A DNA stretch of 64,000 bases. It comes from Candidatus Micrarchaeota archaeon (lineage in GTDB: Archaea; Micrarchaeota; Micrarchaeia; Anstonellales; Anstonellaceae). Within the stretch, counting starts at the first letter, position 1. Each line of letters begins with the position of its first letter. The notes beneath the pieces were generated by a model. That model ran no database searches. It was not told the origin of the DNA and was given only the letters and a program-made list of their open reading frames with translations. Position numbers and translations under genes: made by a program. The stretch lies in the NCBI GenBank assembly GCA_021814005.1, contig JAKAJC010000004.1, positions 230 to 64,229 of the forward strand, in the 5' to 3' direction. This document shows positions 53,869-62,690 of the stretch, one piece after another.

Positions 53869-54423
53869 ATGACTCTTGAATTAGGTGTGGTTTTGGGCGA
53901 GGTCGTCATCGGCCTGCTGTCCGGCGTGCTCCAGCTCTTGATTGGCCTCGGCCTTGCCATGAGCTCGGTGTATCTGGGCCTGCGCATGTTCGACCGCATG
54001 ACCAGCGGCATCAACGAAATGGCGGAGCTGAAGAAAGGGAACGTGGCTGTCGGCATTCTCATGGCCGCCGTCATCTTCTCCATCGCCAACGTGATACAGG
54101 GCGGCGTGGCGCGCCTCACGGCTGTCATCCACCCGGGTGCGCCAATGGCTGTGGTCGTCATCGGCCTGCTGTTCGGCATCCTGCAGCTCCTCATCACAAT
54201 CGCGGCTGCGGCTTTCTCCATCAACCTTGCGCTCAAGGTGTGGGACAAGATAACAACCGAGATTGACGAGACCAAGGAGCTCAAGCGCGGCAACGTGGCG
54301 GTCGCCATCGTTATGGCCGGCGTGCTTCTGGCGGTTTCGGTGATTGTCGCCTCAGGCGTTGTGGGCCTTGCGTCAGCCGTTGACCCGGTCCGCCTTGCCT
54401 CAGCACTCGGCCTTCTGGCCTAA
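53869..54423 (+). CDS. DUF350-type membrane protein (tandem repeat of the KGNVAV-containing module)
   Basis: The ELKKGNVAVGILMA and ELKRGNVAVAIVMA motifs are each followed by hydrophobic helices. Confidence 0.55.
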   Translation: MTLELGVVLGEVVIGLLSGVLQLLIGLGLAMSSVYLGLRMFDRMTSGINEMAELKKGNVAVGILMAAVIFSIANVIQGGVARLTAVIHPGAPMAVVVIGLLFGILQLLITIAAAAFSINLALKVWDKITTEIDETKELKRGNVAVAIVMAGVLLAVSVIVASGVVGLASAVDPVRLASALGLLA

Positions 54424-54545
54424 ACCCAGCTCAAAATCCATTTTTTCTTTTTTCGGGGCTCCGGAGCGGGCCCCACCTATATCTATTATATACATGATTA
54501 AACCAACCTTTCTTTAGCTCATTCAATTAGAGTCGAGGTTTTCAC

Positions 54546-54842
54546 ATGACCAATGTATCAGAAATACGCCCCGGCACCGGCAATGTTACGGTTGAGGGCG
54601 AAATCTCAGCAAAAGACGAGCCCCGCGACGTTGTGTCGAAATTCGGCAAGCGCCTGCGCGTCTGCTCCGCCACCCTCAAGGACGAGAGCGGCGAAATCAC
54701 CCTGTCTTTGTGGAACGATGACATCGACCGCATCAACGTGGGCGACAAGGTCAAGATTGAGAACGGCTGGGTGTCCGACTTCAAGGGTCAGGCCCAGATT
54801 TCAGCCGGCAAATACGGCAAAATCACGGTGATGGGCAAGTAG
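54546..54842 (+). CDS. Small OB-fold nucleic-acid-binding protein (SSB/RPA-like single OB domain), 98 aa
   Basis: The pattern NVTVEGEI...LRVCSATLKDESGEITLSLWNDD...GDKVKIENGWVSDFKG is typical of anticodon-binding/SSB-type OB folds. Confidence 0.4.
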   Translation: MTNVSEIRPGTGNVTVEGEISAKDEPRDVVSKFGKRLRVCSATLKDESGEITLSLWNDDIDRINVGDKVKIENGWVSDFKGQAQISAGKYGKITVMGK

Positions 54843-55007
54843 AAAATAAGGGTGGCCGCCCATCGAGCGGCCCCGGCCCGCGCCAATCAACATAAATTTT
54901 TTATTTTTTCACAACAATAATTGGCTTGAAACGCATTTAGGGGACATCTTCTCTCCCAAGTGCATATTCTCTTGCAAAACAAACGCGATTTATCGAGGTG
55001 TTTTAAT

Positions 55008-56648
55008 ATGGCAGACAGAATGCAGAACCAGAACGGCCTGCCTGAGGGCAGCCAGCGCGTTTTGGGCCGCGACGCTCAGCGCACCAACATCATGGTGGGC
55101 TATGCAGTGGCCAACATCGTGCGCACCACGCTCGGGCCCAAGGGCATGGACAAAATGCTTGTGTCCGACCTTGGAGACATCATCATCACAAACGACGGCG
55201 CCACCATCTTGGAGGAAATGAACGTCGAGCACCCGGCCGCCAAAATCATGGTCGAGATTGCCAAGACGCAGGACAAGGAGGTCGGCGACGGCACCACGAC
55301 AGCGGTCGTCATTGCAGGCGCTCTCTTGAAGAACGCGGGCGATTTGCTTGACCAGGACATCCATGCCTCCACCATTGTCAAGGGCTACATGGACGCGGCC
55401 GCGCGCTGCGAAGAGTTTTTGGGCAACATCAGCCAGCCCGTCAGCCTCAACGACACGGCCAACCTCGAGAAAATGGCCTCCATCTCAATGGGCTCCAAGT
55501 CTATTGCGGGCGGCGCTGTCAAGGACGAGCTTGCCAAGCTGGTTGTCAAGGCGGTCACGCAGGTGGCCGAGAAGAAGGGCAACAAATATTTTGTTGACGA
55601 CGAGCTCATCAAGATTGAAAAGAAGTCTGGCGGCGACATCCACGACACCAAGCTGATTCAGGGAGTATTGGTGGACAAGGAGGTCGTGCACTCGGGAATG
55701 CCCAAGACGCTGAACAAGGCCAAAATCGCCCTCGTTGACTCGGCCCTCGAAATCGAGAAGACCGAAATCGACGCCAAGATTGACATCAAGTCCCCCGACC
55801 AGATGCAGTCTTTCCTCGATCAGGAGGAGAAGATGCTCAAGGACATGGTGGACAAAATCGCCAAATCGGGCGCCACTGCCGTCTTCTGCCAGAAGGGCAT
55901 CGACGACATGGCCCAGCATTTCCTGGCCAAGAAGAATATTATGGCGGTTAGGCGCGTGAAGAAGTCCGACATGGAGAAGCTTGCCCGCGCAACAGGCGCG
56001 CGCATAGTCTCCTCGCTCGACGACCTCGCGTCCAAGGATTTGGGCGACGCGGGAACGGTGGAGGAGCGCTCCATCTCCGGCGAGAAGATGGTCTTTGTCG
56101 AGAACTGCAAAGACCCCAAGTCGGTCACGCTCTTTGTGCGCGCATCAACCGAGCACGTGGTTGCCGAGGCCGAGAGGGCCATTGTGGACGCAATCGGCGC
56201 GGTTTCAGCCGCAATCGAGGAAGGCCACTATGTCTATGGCGGCGGCTCTGCCGAAATGGAGCTGGCTGCGCGCCTGGGCGAGTATGCCAAAAAGGTGGGC
56301 GGCCGCGAACAGCTGGCCATCAACGCCTTTGCCGAAGCGCTCGAGTTCATCCCCCGCACGCTGGCGGAGAACACGGGCATGGACGCCATCGACACGCTGG
56401 TGTCCCTGCGCTCCAAGCACAGCTCTTCGGGCAACGCCTCATGGGGCATTGACGTCTATGCGGCCAAGGTGGCCGACGTCAAGACCACTGGTGTTCTCGA
56501 GCCGGCCAAGGTCAAGAGGCAGGCAATCCAGTCGGCCTCAGAGGCCGCGCGCATGATTTTGCGCATCGACGACATGATTTCCTCCAAGGCCAAGGCGCCA
56601 CAGGGCGGCCCCGGCGGCATGGGAGGCATGGGCGGCGACGACTACTAA
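55008..56648 (+). CDS. ths: Thermosome subunit (group II chaperonin)
   Basis: The N-terminus [35 protein letters not shown], the GDGTTT motif and the GGM C-terminal tail are present. Start taken at MADRMQ, with GAGGTG 7 nt upstream. Confidence 0.9.
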   Translation: MADRMQNQNGLPEGSQRVLGRDAQRTNIMVGYAVANIVRTTLGPKGMDKMLVSDLGDIIITNDGATILEEMNVEHPAAKIMVEIAKTQDKEVGDGTTTAVVIAGALLKNAGDLLDQDIHASTIVKGYMDAAARCEEFLGNISQPVSLNDTANLEKMASISMGSKSIAGGAVKDELAKLVVKAVTQVAEKKGNKYFVDDELIKIEKKSGGDIHDTKLIQGVLVDKEVVHSGMPKTLNKAKIALVDSALEIEKTEIDAKIDIKSPDQMQSFLDQEEKMLKDMVDKIAKSGATAVFCQKGIDDMAQHFLAKKNIMAVRRVKKSDMEKLARATGARIVSSLDDLASKDLGDAGTVEERSISGEKMVFVENCKDPKSVTLFVRASTEHVVAEAERAIVDAIGAVSAAIEEGHYVYGGGSAEMELAARLGEYAKKVGGREQLAINAFAEALEFIPRTLAENTGMDAIDTLVSLRSKHSSSGNASWGIDVYAAKVADVKTTGVLEPAKVKRQAIQSASEAARMILRIDDMISSKAKAPQGGPGGMGGMGGDDY

Positions 56649-56814
56649 GTTTTTTTCTTTTTATTTTTCATTTTTTCCTAATATTATACAATACATGCAA
56701 TTCCGCCTTTTCCACCGAACATTAAACAAAGCAGCTATAACCAGATTTTGCCAATTTTCTCTCGTATTCAACAGCCGTTTTTGGGCCTTCTCCAAAGCCC
56801 CGTATAGTTTCGAA

Positions 56815-56826
56815 ACCTATATAAAC
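56815..56826 (+). promoter_or_regulatory. TATA box (CCTATATAAAC) in a roughly 260-nt AT-rich region upstream of the secreted beta-rich protein gene
   Basis: Canonical TATA. The ATG at 56911 is preceded by GGTGA. The box implies a roughly 60-nt leader. Confidence 0.4.
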
Positions 56827-56910
56827 ATGTAAGTTTATACTCATGTCAATATGTGGTAATGCACATAATGCATTGCTGAATTCACCTTTTGGAAAGGTGT
56901 GGGTGATTAG

Positions 56911-57984
56911 ATGAAAATGAACACTGTTGGTAAACTTGTTGTTGGAGCGGGCATCGGCGTCAGCTCCATCGCCGGCGTTAATGCTGCCAAGGCGCAGGAA
57001 GTCGGCCAGATGTCGATTAATGACATCAAGGCCGCGCATGCGCGCACTCTCGATTCCTTGAAAACTGTCATCAAGACAACCAAGGCAATCAACGAGGCCA
57101 AGCTTGACTACAAGCTCGACAGCCTTTCCTATCAGAAAGAGCTCAATGCAGCGCAGAAAGCGTATCTCCGGGAAATGAACGCCCTGTTGGCTGACACGAC
57201 CGGCGAGCTTTCGGCTTCGACCAAGGTCAAAATCACAGCAGAAGGCGGCATGCTTACAGCGACCGACATGAACAGCAACGTGCCACTTTCAGGCAAGTAC
57301 TTTGGCACAACCATTGACTGGAATGCCTCAAAGACATTGCAGCCCTATGCGCGCGTGCAGGGCAACTTCGGCATGACCACGCCCAACACAACGGCCGGTC
57401 AGACCGTAACGCAGGCGATTGCGGGCGCAAAAATCAACCTTGAGCCCGTCAATCTCGACATCGCAGGTTTCTATGCCGACCGCCCCTCTCCGGGCGTGCG
57501 CGGAGCCGGCGGTGTTATCGGGGAGGCAAAAGTGAGCGTGCCCCAGAGTTCTGACAGCCCGATTGGTTTCAGCATGACAGCCGGCGGCGCAGGCCAGTAC
57601 TCCAAAGAGGGATTCTTTCCGGTCTACCGTTTTGACTCCAAGCTGCAGTTGGCGCTTGAGGACTCGCAAATCCTTTCCTCAATCTTTGGCCTGCCGATTT
57701 CAGCCGAGGTCAATTACTCGCCCATCCACAACATCAACACCCTCTTGAAAACAAACGGCTTGTATGCCCCGCTCACGACCAGCACAATCGGCGGCAAACT
57801 CAAGTTCAATACCTTGAGCGGTCTGGTGTTCAGCGGTGATGTCGAAGGCGGCTCCAGCCTGTTCCGCATGAATGCCGGCGTCGGCACCAACAGCTGGCAG
57901 CTCAACTTCAACCTTGAGCAGTACAACAACCGGGACCTGAACGTGCGCAAAGTCGGCGTTAAGGGCAGCGTGAATATCCGCTAG
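56911..57984 (+). CDS. Secreted Gly/Thr/Ser/Asn-rich beta-type protein with a Sec signal peptide
   Basis: The signal peptide is MKMNTVGKLVVGAGIGVSSIAGVNAAKA-QE. The mature part shows alternating polar/hydrophobic beta-strand periodicity with no Cys. Confidence 0.6.
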   Translation: MKMNTVGKLVVGAGIGVSSIAGVNAAKAQEVGQMSINDIKAAHARTLDSLKTVIKTTKAINEAKLDYKLDSLSYQKELNAAQKAYLREMNALLADTTGELSASTKVKITAEGGMLTATDMNSNVPLSGKYFGTTIDWNASKTLQPYARVQGNFGMTTPNTTAGQTVTQAIAGAKINLEPVNLDIAGFYADRPSPGVRGAGGVIGEAKVSVPQSSDSPIGFSMTAGGAGQYSKEGFFPVYRFDSKLQLALEDSQILSSIFGLPISAEVNYSPIHNINTLLKTNGLYAPLTTSTIGGKLKFNTLSGLVFSGDVEGGSSLFRMNAGVGTNSWQLNFNLEQYNNRDLNVRKVGVKGSVNIR

Positions 57985-58011
57985 TTGGGATTTTGGGCAA
58001 TGAACGGAACT

Positions 58012-58030
58012 GGCCGGTCAGACACCGGCC
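58012..58030 (+). terminator. Hairpin GGCCGGT-CAGAC-ACCGGCC downstream of the 56911-57984 gene (coordinates are within a few nt)
   Basis: Perfect 7-bp GC-rich inverted repeat about 27 nt after the stop. Confidence 0.35.
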
Positions 58031-58319
58031 AGTCCGCAAGCCCTTTTCCGTTTCTTCAGCCACCGCTCGGTGGGGAAGTTCGGTCTCTTGGTGAATGGAT
58101 GCGGCCGGGGCGCTTTTGCGTCTTGTACGCACGGGCGTCCCGTCGCAGGGACACACCATTCCCATAAAATCACCCCAACTTTCCAGCCCGGACCCCATGA
58201 CCGGCCGGAGGTTCTTTTTTCATTTTTAATTTTATTTTCGTCATACGCCGGATTTTGGGCCGCTTTTACATCGCTTATATAATGTTTCTTGTCCATGCTC
58301 TAACCAGTGTGGGATTGCC

Positions 58320-58721
58320 ATGAAACAGATTACTCTTGTAGTCGACGACAAGGTTGGCCTTCTGGCCGACGTCTCATATCTTTTGGGCCGCTCCAAAATC
58401 AACATTGAGGCCATCAGCGCCGCAATGGTGGGCGGCAAGTCAATCGTCACTCTTACAATCAAGGACAGCCGCCGCGCCCTCGAGGTTCTGGCGGCCAACG
58501 GCTACCACTGCCTTGAGGCGGACAGCCTTGTGGCAAAGCTCGACAACAAGGCGGGCGAGCTGGCCAAGATGTCACGCCTTCTGGCGGACAACAATGTCAA
58601 CATCGAGAGCGTCACCATGATAAGCCAGGACGACCGCGTCTCGATATACTCCCTGCGCGTGGACAAGCCGAGCAAGGCCGAGAAAATCCTCGGGCCTTAC
58701 CTGAGCGTAGAGAACATTTGA
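58320..58721 (+). CDS. ACT-domain protein (tandem ACT), paralog 1
   Basis: Two beta-alpha-beta-beta-alpha-beta repeats, each with a Gly-containing loop (VDDKVGLLADVS..., LDNKAGELAKMS...). Confidence 0.6.
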   Translation: MKQITLVVDDKVGLLADVSYLLGRSKINIEAISAAMVGGKSIVTLTIKDSRRALEVLAANGYHCLEADSLVAKLDNKAGELAKMSRLLADNNVNIESVTMISQDDRVSIYSLRVDKPSKAEKILGPYLSVENI

Positions 58722-58746
58722 TTTCCTAAAATTCGGGGGTTTTATC

Positions 58747-59145
58747 ATGAAGCAGCTCACTATTGTAGCCGATGACAAGGTAGGCCTTCTGGCCGACATC
58801 TCATACCTTTTGGGCCACGCCAAGGTCAACATCGAGTCGATTTCGGTGAGCGTGGCGGGCGGCAAGGCGTTCATCAACCTGGGCGTGCGCGACGACTCGC
58901 GCGTGCTGCAGGTGCTCAAAGCCAACGGCTACGACGTCATCGCGTCAGACCTTCTTGTGGTCAAGCTGGCCGACAAGCCCGGCGAGCTGGCCCGCATCGC
59001 CAAACTGCTCTCGGACGGGGGCGTCTCGATTGAGAACGTGGTGATTCTGGCCAAGATGGAGGGCATGGTGTTCGACTGCATCAAAGTCGACAAGCTGGAA
59101 AAGGCGCGCAAGCTTTTGGGCCCCTATTTGGATTTGGAGCGCTAG
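58747..59145 (+). CDS. ACT-domain protein (tandem ACT), paralog 2
   Basis: Collinear with paralog 1 at about 50% identity (MKQLTIVADDKVGLLADISYLLG... vs MKQITLVVDDKVGLLADVSYLLG...). Confidence 0.6.
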   Translation: MKQLTIVADDKVGLLADISYLLGHAKVNIESISVSVAGGKAFINLGVRDDSRVLQVLKANGYDVIASDLLVVKLADKPGELARIAKLLSDGGVSIENVVILAKMEGMVFDCIKVDKLEKARKLLGPYLDLER

Positions 59146-59192
59146 CCCGCATCCGTTCGGGTTTTTAACCCCGCCACACAAAATAATATCAT

Positions 59193-59264
59193 AGCCCCTT
59201 CGTCTAGCGGCAAGGACATCAGGCTCTGAACCTGAGGACATCGGTTCGAATCCGGTAGGGGCTA
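59193..59264 (+). tRNA. tRNA-Gln (anticodon CUG) with an archaeal-type A1:U72 first pair
   Basis: Manual fold. Acceptor AGCCCCT/AGGGGCT. D-arm GTCT-AGCGGCAA-GGAC. Anticodon arm TCAGG-CTCTGAA-CCTGA. T-arm ATCGG-TTCGAAT-CCGGT. Discriminator A. A T-tract follows. Confidence 0.75.
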
Positions 59265-59360
59265 AGCTTTTTTCTTTCTCTTTCTGCGGAAAGAGGAAAG
59301 AAAAAACCTTGGAAAAAAGAAAGAGAAAGACAAACTCCTTCTCAGTCAAAGCTCGCCAAA

Positions 59361-60431
59361 CTAACCTCTTCGCGCGGCCAAAACCGCGAACAATGCCACG
59401 ACCGAGAGGGCAAACATGCTCAGCGGGCAGGCGGCCGGCTTTGCGCCGCCGGAAGAAGCGGCCGCCGAAGCTGCCTTTTGCAGCGCGGCTGTCGAGGCGA
59501 TGTAGGCATCTTGAATCTCGTCTTGCGCGCTTCCGGCCTCCTGCGTTGAATTTTCAAACAGCGAATTACGTGCATCCCACTGCTCTTGCGTGAGCTGTGT
59601 GATATTCACCACTCCGCGCGCATCCACCACAGCCAATTGGCCGGCTTCCACAGTTTTTTTCAAATCTGTGCGGTTCACCCCGCCGACTATGGGCGTGACG
59701 TCAACAAGCCCCTCGTGCAGATAAAGCGTCGTGATGTTCTCGTTCTGTTCCAGAATAAATTCTGTTCCGCGCGGCGCAATGACCGCATTCGGGGTAAGAA
59801 TATAGAAATTAAACCATGACTTGGACATTCTCTCCGCCAGTTTCAAATCCCCATCAAGCAGGACGGGCGCAAGATTTTTCATCAGCGTCAAGATGGTGCC
59901 CCTGCCGGTTTTGTACATGTGGCCGTCCGGCATTGTCACCCATGCCAGCCCCCGCACGGTGTAGCTGTCTTCTTTCATGGTAACGCTTGTGCCTGAATAC
60001 ACATGAAGCCTTGTTCCGTCGCTGAGTTTGAGCGCGACATCACCTTTTGCAACGCGCAGGGTGTCGCCGGCCCTAAGATTATTGTCGCCCGGCGGCGCTA
60101 TCGTGCCGTCTGCATGAAAAATCCTAAAACTGCTGTTTTCACTCTCGATTGTGCCGGTGAGATTGGTCGGCGTGCCGGTAGTCTGGCCGGTTGAACCAGT
60201 TGTCTGGCCCCCCGTTGCGGCCGAACAGCCGGCATTGTTTTTGAAAGCCTCATACTGGCAGCACTCGGCGCCCTGGCAGCAGCCGCCCTGCTCTTTTGGA
60301 ATGTATTCTCCGCTGGCGGTGAATCCGCCGGCGCAAACTGCATCCGGAACCTCGGGCACCTGGGCCTGGATAATTCCGGCCGACAGCAAAAGGGCCATCG
60401 CCATGCACAGCATCACAAAGAGTCTGGCCAT
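59361..60431 (-). CDS. Secreted protein with an N-terminal Cys-knot-like segment, a Thr/Gly-rich linker and a C-terminal TM + Arg-Arg anchor
   Basis: The signal peptide is MARLFVMLCMAMALLLSAGIIQA. The Cys-rich segment is CAGG...CCQGAECCQ...GCS. The linker is TTGSTGQTTGTPTNLTG. The C-terminus is PAACPLSMFALSVVALFAVLAARRG. Confidence 0.6.
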   Translation of the reverse strand: MARLFVMLCMAMALLLSAGIIQAQVPEVPDAVCAGGFTASGEYIPKEQGGCCQGAECCQYEAFKNNAGCSAATGGQTTGSTGQTTGTPTNLTGTIESENSSFRIFHADGTIAPPGDNNLRAGDTLRVAKGDVALKLSDGTRLHVYSGTSVTMKEDSYTVRGLAWVTMPDGHMYKTGRGTILTLMKNLAPVLLDGDLKLAERMSKSWFNFYILTPNAVIAPRGTEFILEQNENITTLYLHEGLVDVTPIVGGVNRTDLKKTVEAGQLAVVDARGVVNITQLTQEQWDARNSLFENSTQEAGSAQDEIQDAYIASTAALQKAASAAASSGGAKPAACPLSMFALSVVALFAVLAARRG

Positions 60432-60471
60432 GGCGGCAGTTATGGGCAGGAGATATTTAACACAAACAGCT

Positions 60472-60544
60472 TGGACCCGGAGCGAATCGAACGCTCAGTC
60501 TTCTGCGTGTAAGGCAGACGTGTTAACCATTCCACCACGGGTCC
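60472..60544 (-). tRNA. tRNA-Val (anticodon UAC)
   Basis: Manual fold of the reverse complement. Acceptor GGACCCG/CGGGTCC. Anticodon arm TCTGC-CTTACAC-GCAGA. T-arm GAGCG-TTCGATT-CGCTC. Discriminator A. The D-stem has an imperfect fourth pair. Confidence 0.7.
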
Positions 60545-60604
60545 GATGGTTCCGAATTAGATTGAGCCGCCAATGATTAAAAAGCGGCTCCGGCATTTGG
60601 TTTT

Positions 60605-60907
60605 ATGCATCTCGTCTTCACCTCGGTTGCGAAAAAGGCGCAAGCGGCGAAAATGGCCAAATCCCTTGTCCGCTCGTCTCTTGCGGCCTGCGTGTCCTTG
60701 AGCCCCATTGAATCTGTCTATTCATGGAAAAACGAAATGATTCATGCGCGCGAATATTTGCTTGAAATCAAGACAGCAAATCCGGCCGCGGTCCGCGCAT
60801 GGCTGGCCAAACACCACCCCTACCGCCTCCCGATGATTTATTCTCAAAAAACAACGGCAGTGGAATCACGCTATGCCAAATGGGTAAAAAGCGCGCACAA
60901 GAGGTAA
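60605..60907 (+). CDS. cutA: Divalent-cation tolerance protein CutA
   Basis: LAACVSLSPIESVYSWKNEM...EIKT...HPYRLPMI matches the conserved CutA1 pattern. It is 100 aa. Confidence 0.75.
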   Translation: MHLVFTSVAKKAQAAKMAKSLVRSSLAACVSLSPIESVYSWKNEMIHAREYLLEIKTANPAAVRAWLAKHHPYRLPMIYSQKTTAVESRYAKWVKSAHKR

Positions 60908-60911
60908 GCAC

Positions 60912-61259
60912 ATGCCAAACCAGAAAGCTGCAAAACCGGCATCAAATTCCTCACTAATCCGTTTCCGGCTGCACAAGCAGGGGGACGAATTGGTGCTGGC
61001 TGCGGCAGATGAGGATGCTCTTGGCCTGCGCCACGAAGGCAATGGCCGCGTGCTCGACTTGGTCAAATTCGCGTCATTTTACGGGGAGGAAACCATCGAG
61101 GCAGCAGACTTGGCGCCCCACCTCTCTGCCTGCACTTCAGCCAATCTGGTCGGCGAAAAAGCGGTCGGCGCGGCCCTCTCAATGGGGCTGGCCGAAAAGG
61201 GGGCGGTGGTGCGAATCGGGGCCGTGCCCCATCTGCAGCTCTACCGCGCCCGCCCCTAA
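60912..61259 (+). CDS. Hypothetical small protein (115 aa)
   Basis: The ORF lies 5 nt after cutA, likely co-transcribed. No motif recognised. Confidence 0.45.
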   Translation: MPNQKAAKPASNSSLIRFRLHKQGDELVLAAADEDALGLRHEGNGRVLDLVKFASFYGEETIEAADLAPHLSACTSANLVGEKAVGAALSMGLAEKGAVVRIGAVPHLQLYRARP

Positions 61260-61338
61260 TCTGCTACCTTTTCACGTCGAGAGCGGGCAAAGCTATTTAA
61301 AATAAAAGGTGGTAGCGCAAGACAGAGTGAAAAGATAG

Positions 61339-61602
61339 GTGATACTCATGACGAAGATCGTCATCGCCAAGCAATTAGCAGGCAAGAAAATCATTACCAA
61401 CGACGGTGAGGAGCTCGGCAAGCTCATCGATTTGAACGTCCACGATGTGAGCGGGAAAATCGAGAGCATGCTGGTGGAGCCCAATCTGGACAACGCATTG
61501 GCGCGCGCGCTCAACAAGGAGGAAGGGCTCATCAACATCCCCTACTCCTCGGTGCTTGCGTCATCCGACCACATCATCGTCGACAAGAAAGCGATTCACT
61601 AA
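61339..61602 (+). CDS. PRC-barrel domain protein
   Basis: GKKIITNDGEELGKLIDLNVHDVSGKIESMLVEP is the typical PRC-barrel pattern. It is 87 aa. Confidence 0.55.
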   Translation: MILMTKIVIAKQLAGKKIITNDGEELGKLIDLNVHDVSGKIESMLVEPNLDNALARALNKEEGLINIPYSSVLASSDHIIVDKKAIH

Positions 61603-61664
61603 GTTTTTTCTATTTTAGTTTTTCATTTTTACTTTTAGTTTTTATCATTTCTTTGGGAGTTTGA

Positions 61665-62507
61665 ATGCTGATGGACCCTCTTTCTATTCTTATTCTGGGT
61701 GCCGTGCAGGGCATAGCAGAATGGCTGCCAATATCCTCCAAAACCCTTGACACCGCCGTCTTTCTCCAGATGCTGGGCGGCTCGCGCGAGGCGGTCGTTC
61801 CCCTCCTGCTCTACCTCCATCTGGGCACATTTCTCGCAGCCCTCGTCTACTTCCGCTCCCAGCTAATCGAGCTGATTCGCGCCGGATGGCAAATCGTGCG
61901 CAGCGCCGGCAAAAACAAGGAGCGGGGGAGCGAACTCCTCTTCTTTGTCTTTGCCCTCTTTGGCACAGGCCTAATCGCCTTGCCATTGCTGTGGCTGTCG
62001 AAAAACTTTCTTGCCAACCTTGATTTGGGCTTTTTGTTTGCCTTTATGGGCGCGGGGCTCATCATCACCGCGCTGCTTCTTCATTCGCAAAAAGGGCGGC
62101 GCCAGTACAGAACCACTTCAGCTGCCGGCCCTCTCGATGGCCTGACAGTCGGGTTGATGCAGGGCCTCAGCGTGCTGCCCGGCCTCTCCCGCTCCGGCGT
62201 GAGCACAACCGCCCTCATCTGGCGCGGCTTTGACGCCTACTCGGCCTTCGAGCTGAGCTTCATTCTATCCATTCCGACCGTGCTCTGTGCTGAGATGGTG
62301 CTGTGGGGCTACCAGCTTTTCGCCGACCGCTCGCTTTTGGGCGCGCTGGCAGTGGGAGACGGGCTCATGCTGGCCGCATCCAGCGCAGTCTTCGGTTATC
62401 TCACAATAGGCGCCCTTCTCAGGCTGGCCCGCAAGCTCGACTTCTCAGTCATTGCGGGCGCATTTGGCCTTCTCATGCTCATCGCGGGCCTTGTACGGCT
62501 GACCTGA
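61665..62507 (+). CDS. uppP: Undecaprenyl-diphosphatase (UppP/BacA family)
   Basis: AVQGIAEWLPISS and GLSVLPGLSRSGVSTT are conserved BacA motifs. It is an 8-TM protein. Confidence 0.8.
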   Translation: MLMDPLSILILGAVQGIAEWLPISSKTLDTAVFLQMLGGSREAVVPLLLYLHLGTFLAALVYFRSQLIELIRAGWQIVRSAGKNKERGSELLFFVFALFGTGLIALPLLWLSKNFLANLDLGFLFAFMGAGLIITALLLHSQKGRRQYRTTSAAGPLDGLTVGLMQGLSVLPGLSRSGVSTTALIWRGFDAYSAFELSFILSIPTVLCAEMVLWGYQLFADRSLLGALAVGDGLMLAASSAVFGYLTIGALLRLARKLDFSVIAGAFGLLMLIAGLVRLT

Positions 62508-62690
62508 TTTTGCAGATATTGTGCGGCTTGGCCTATCCAGTGCGGCAGGCCTGTTTTCCCTCATTTTGCCTGCGCGGGCGCGGGCATTTAAATCTCTTTT
62601 TCCCTATCTCTGTGCAATGATGAAATCGAGGTATTCCTGACGCCCGAACCTCAGAGCTTTGGGCGGCCATGAGGAAGATCTTGAGTACTG

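Noticed and set aside
58018-58296. 92-aa minus-strand ORF in the spacer upstream of the ACT genes
   Set aside because: It is Pro/Trp/Arg/Gly-rich with no motifs. It lies entirely within a GC-rich structured spacer. It is more likely non-coding.
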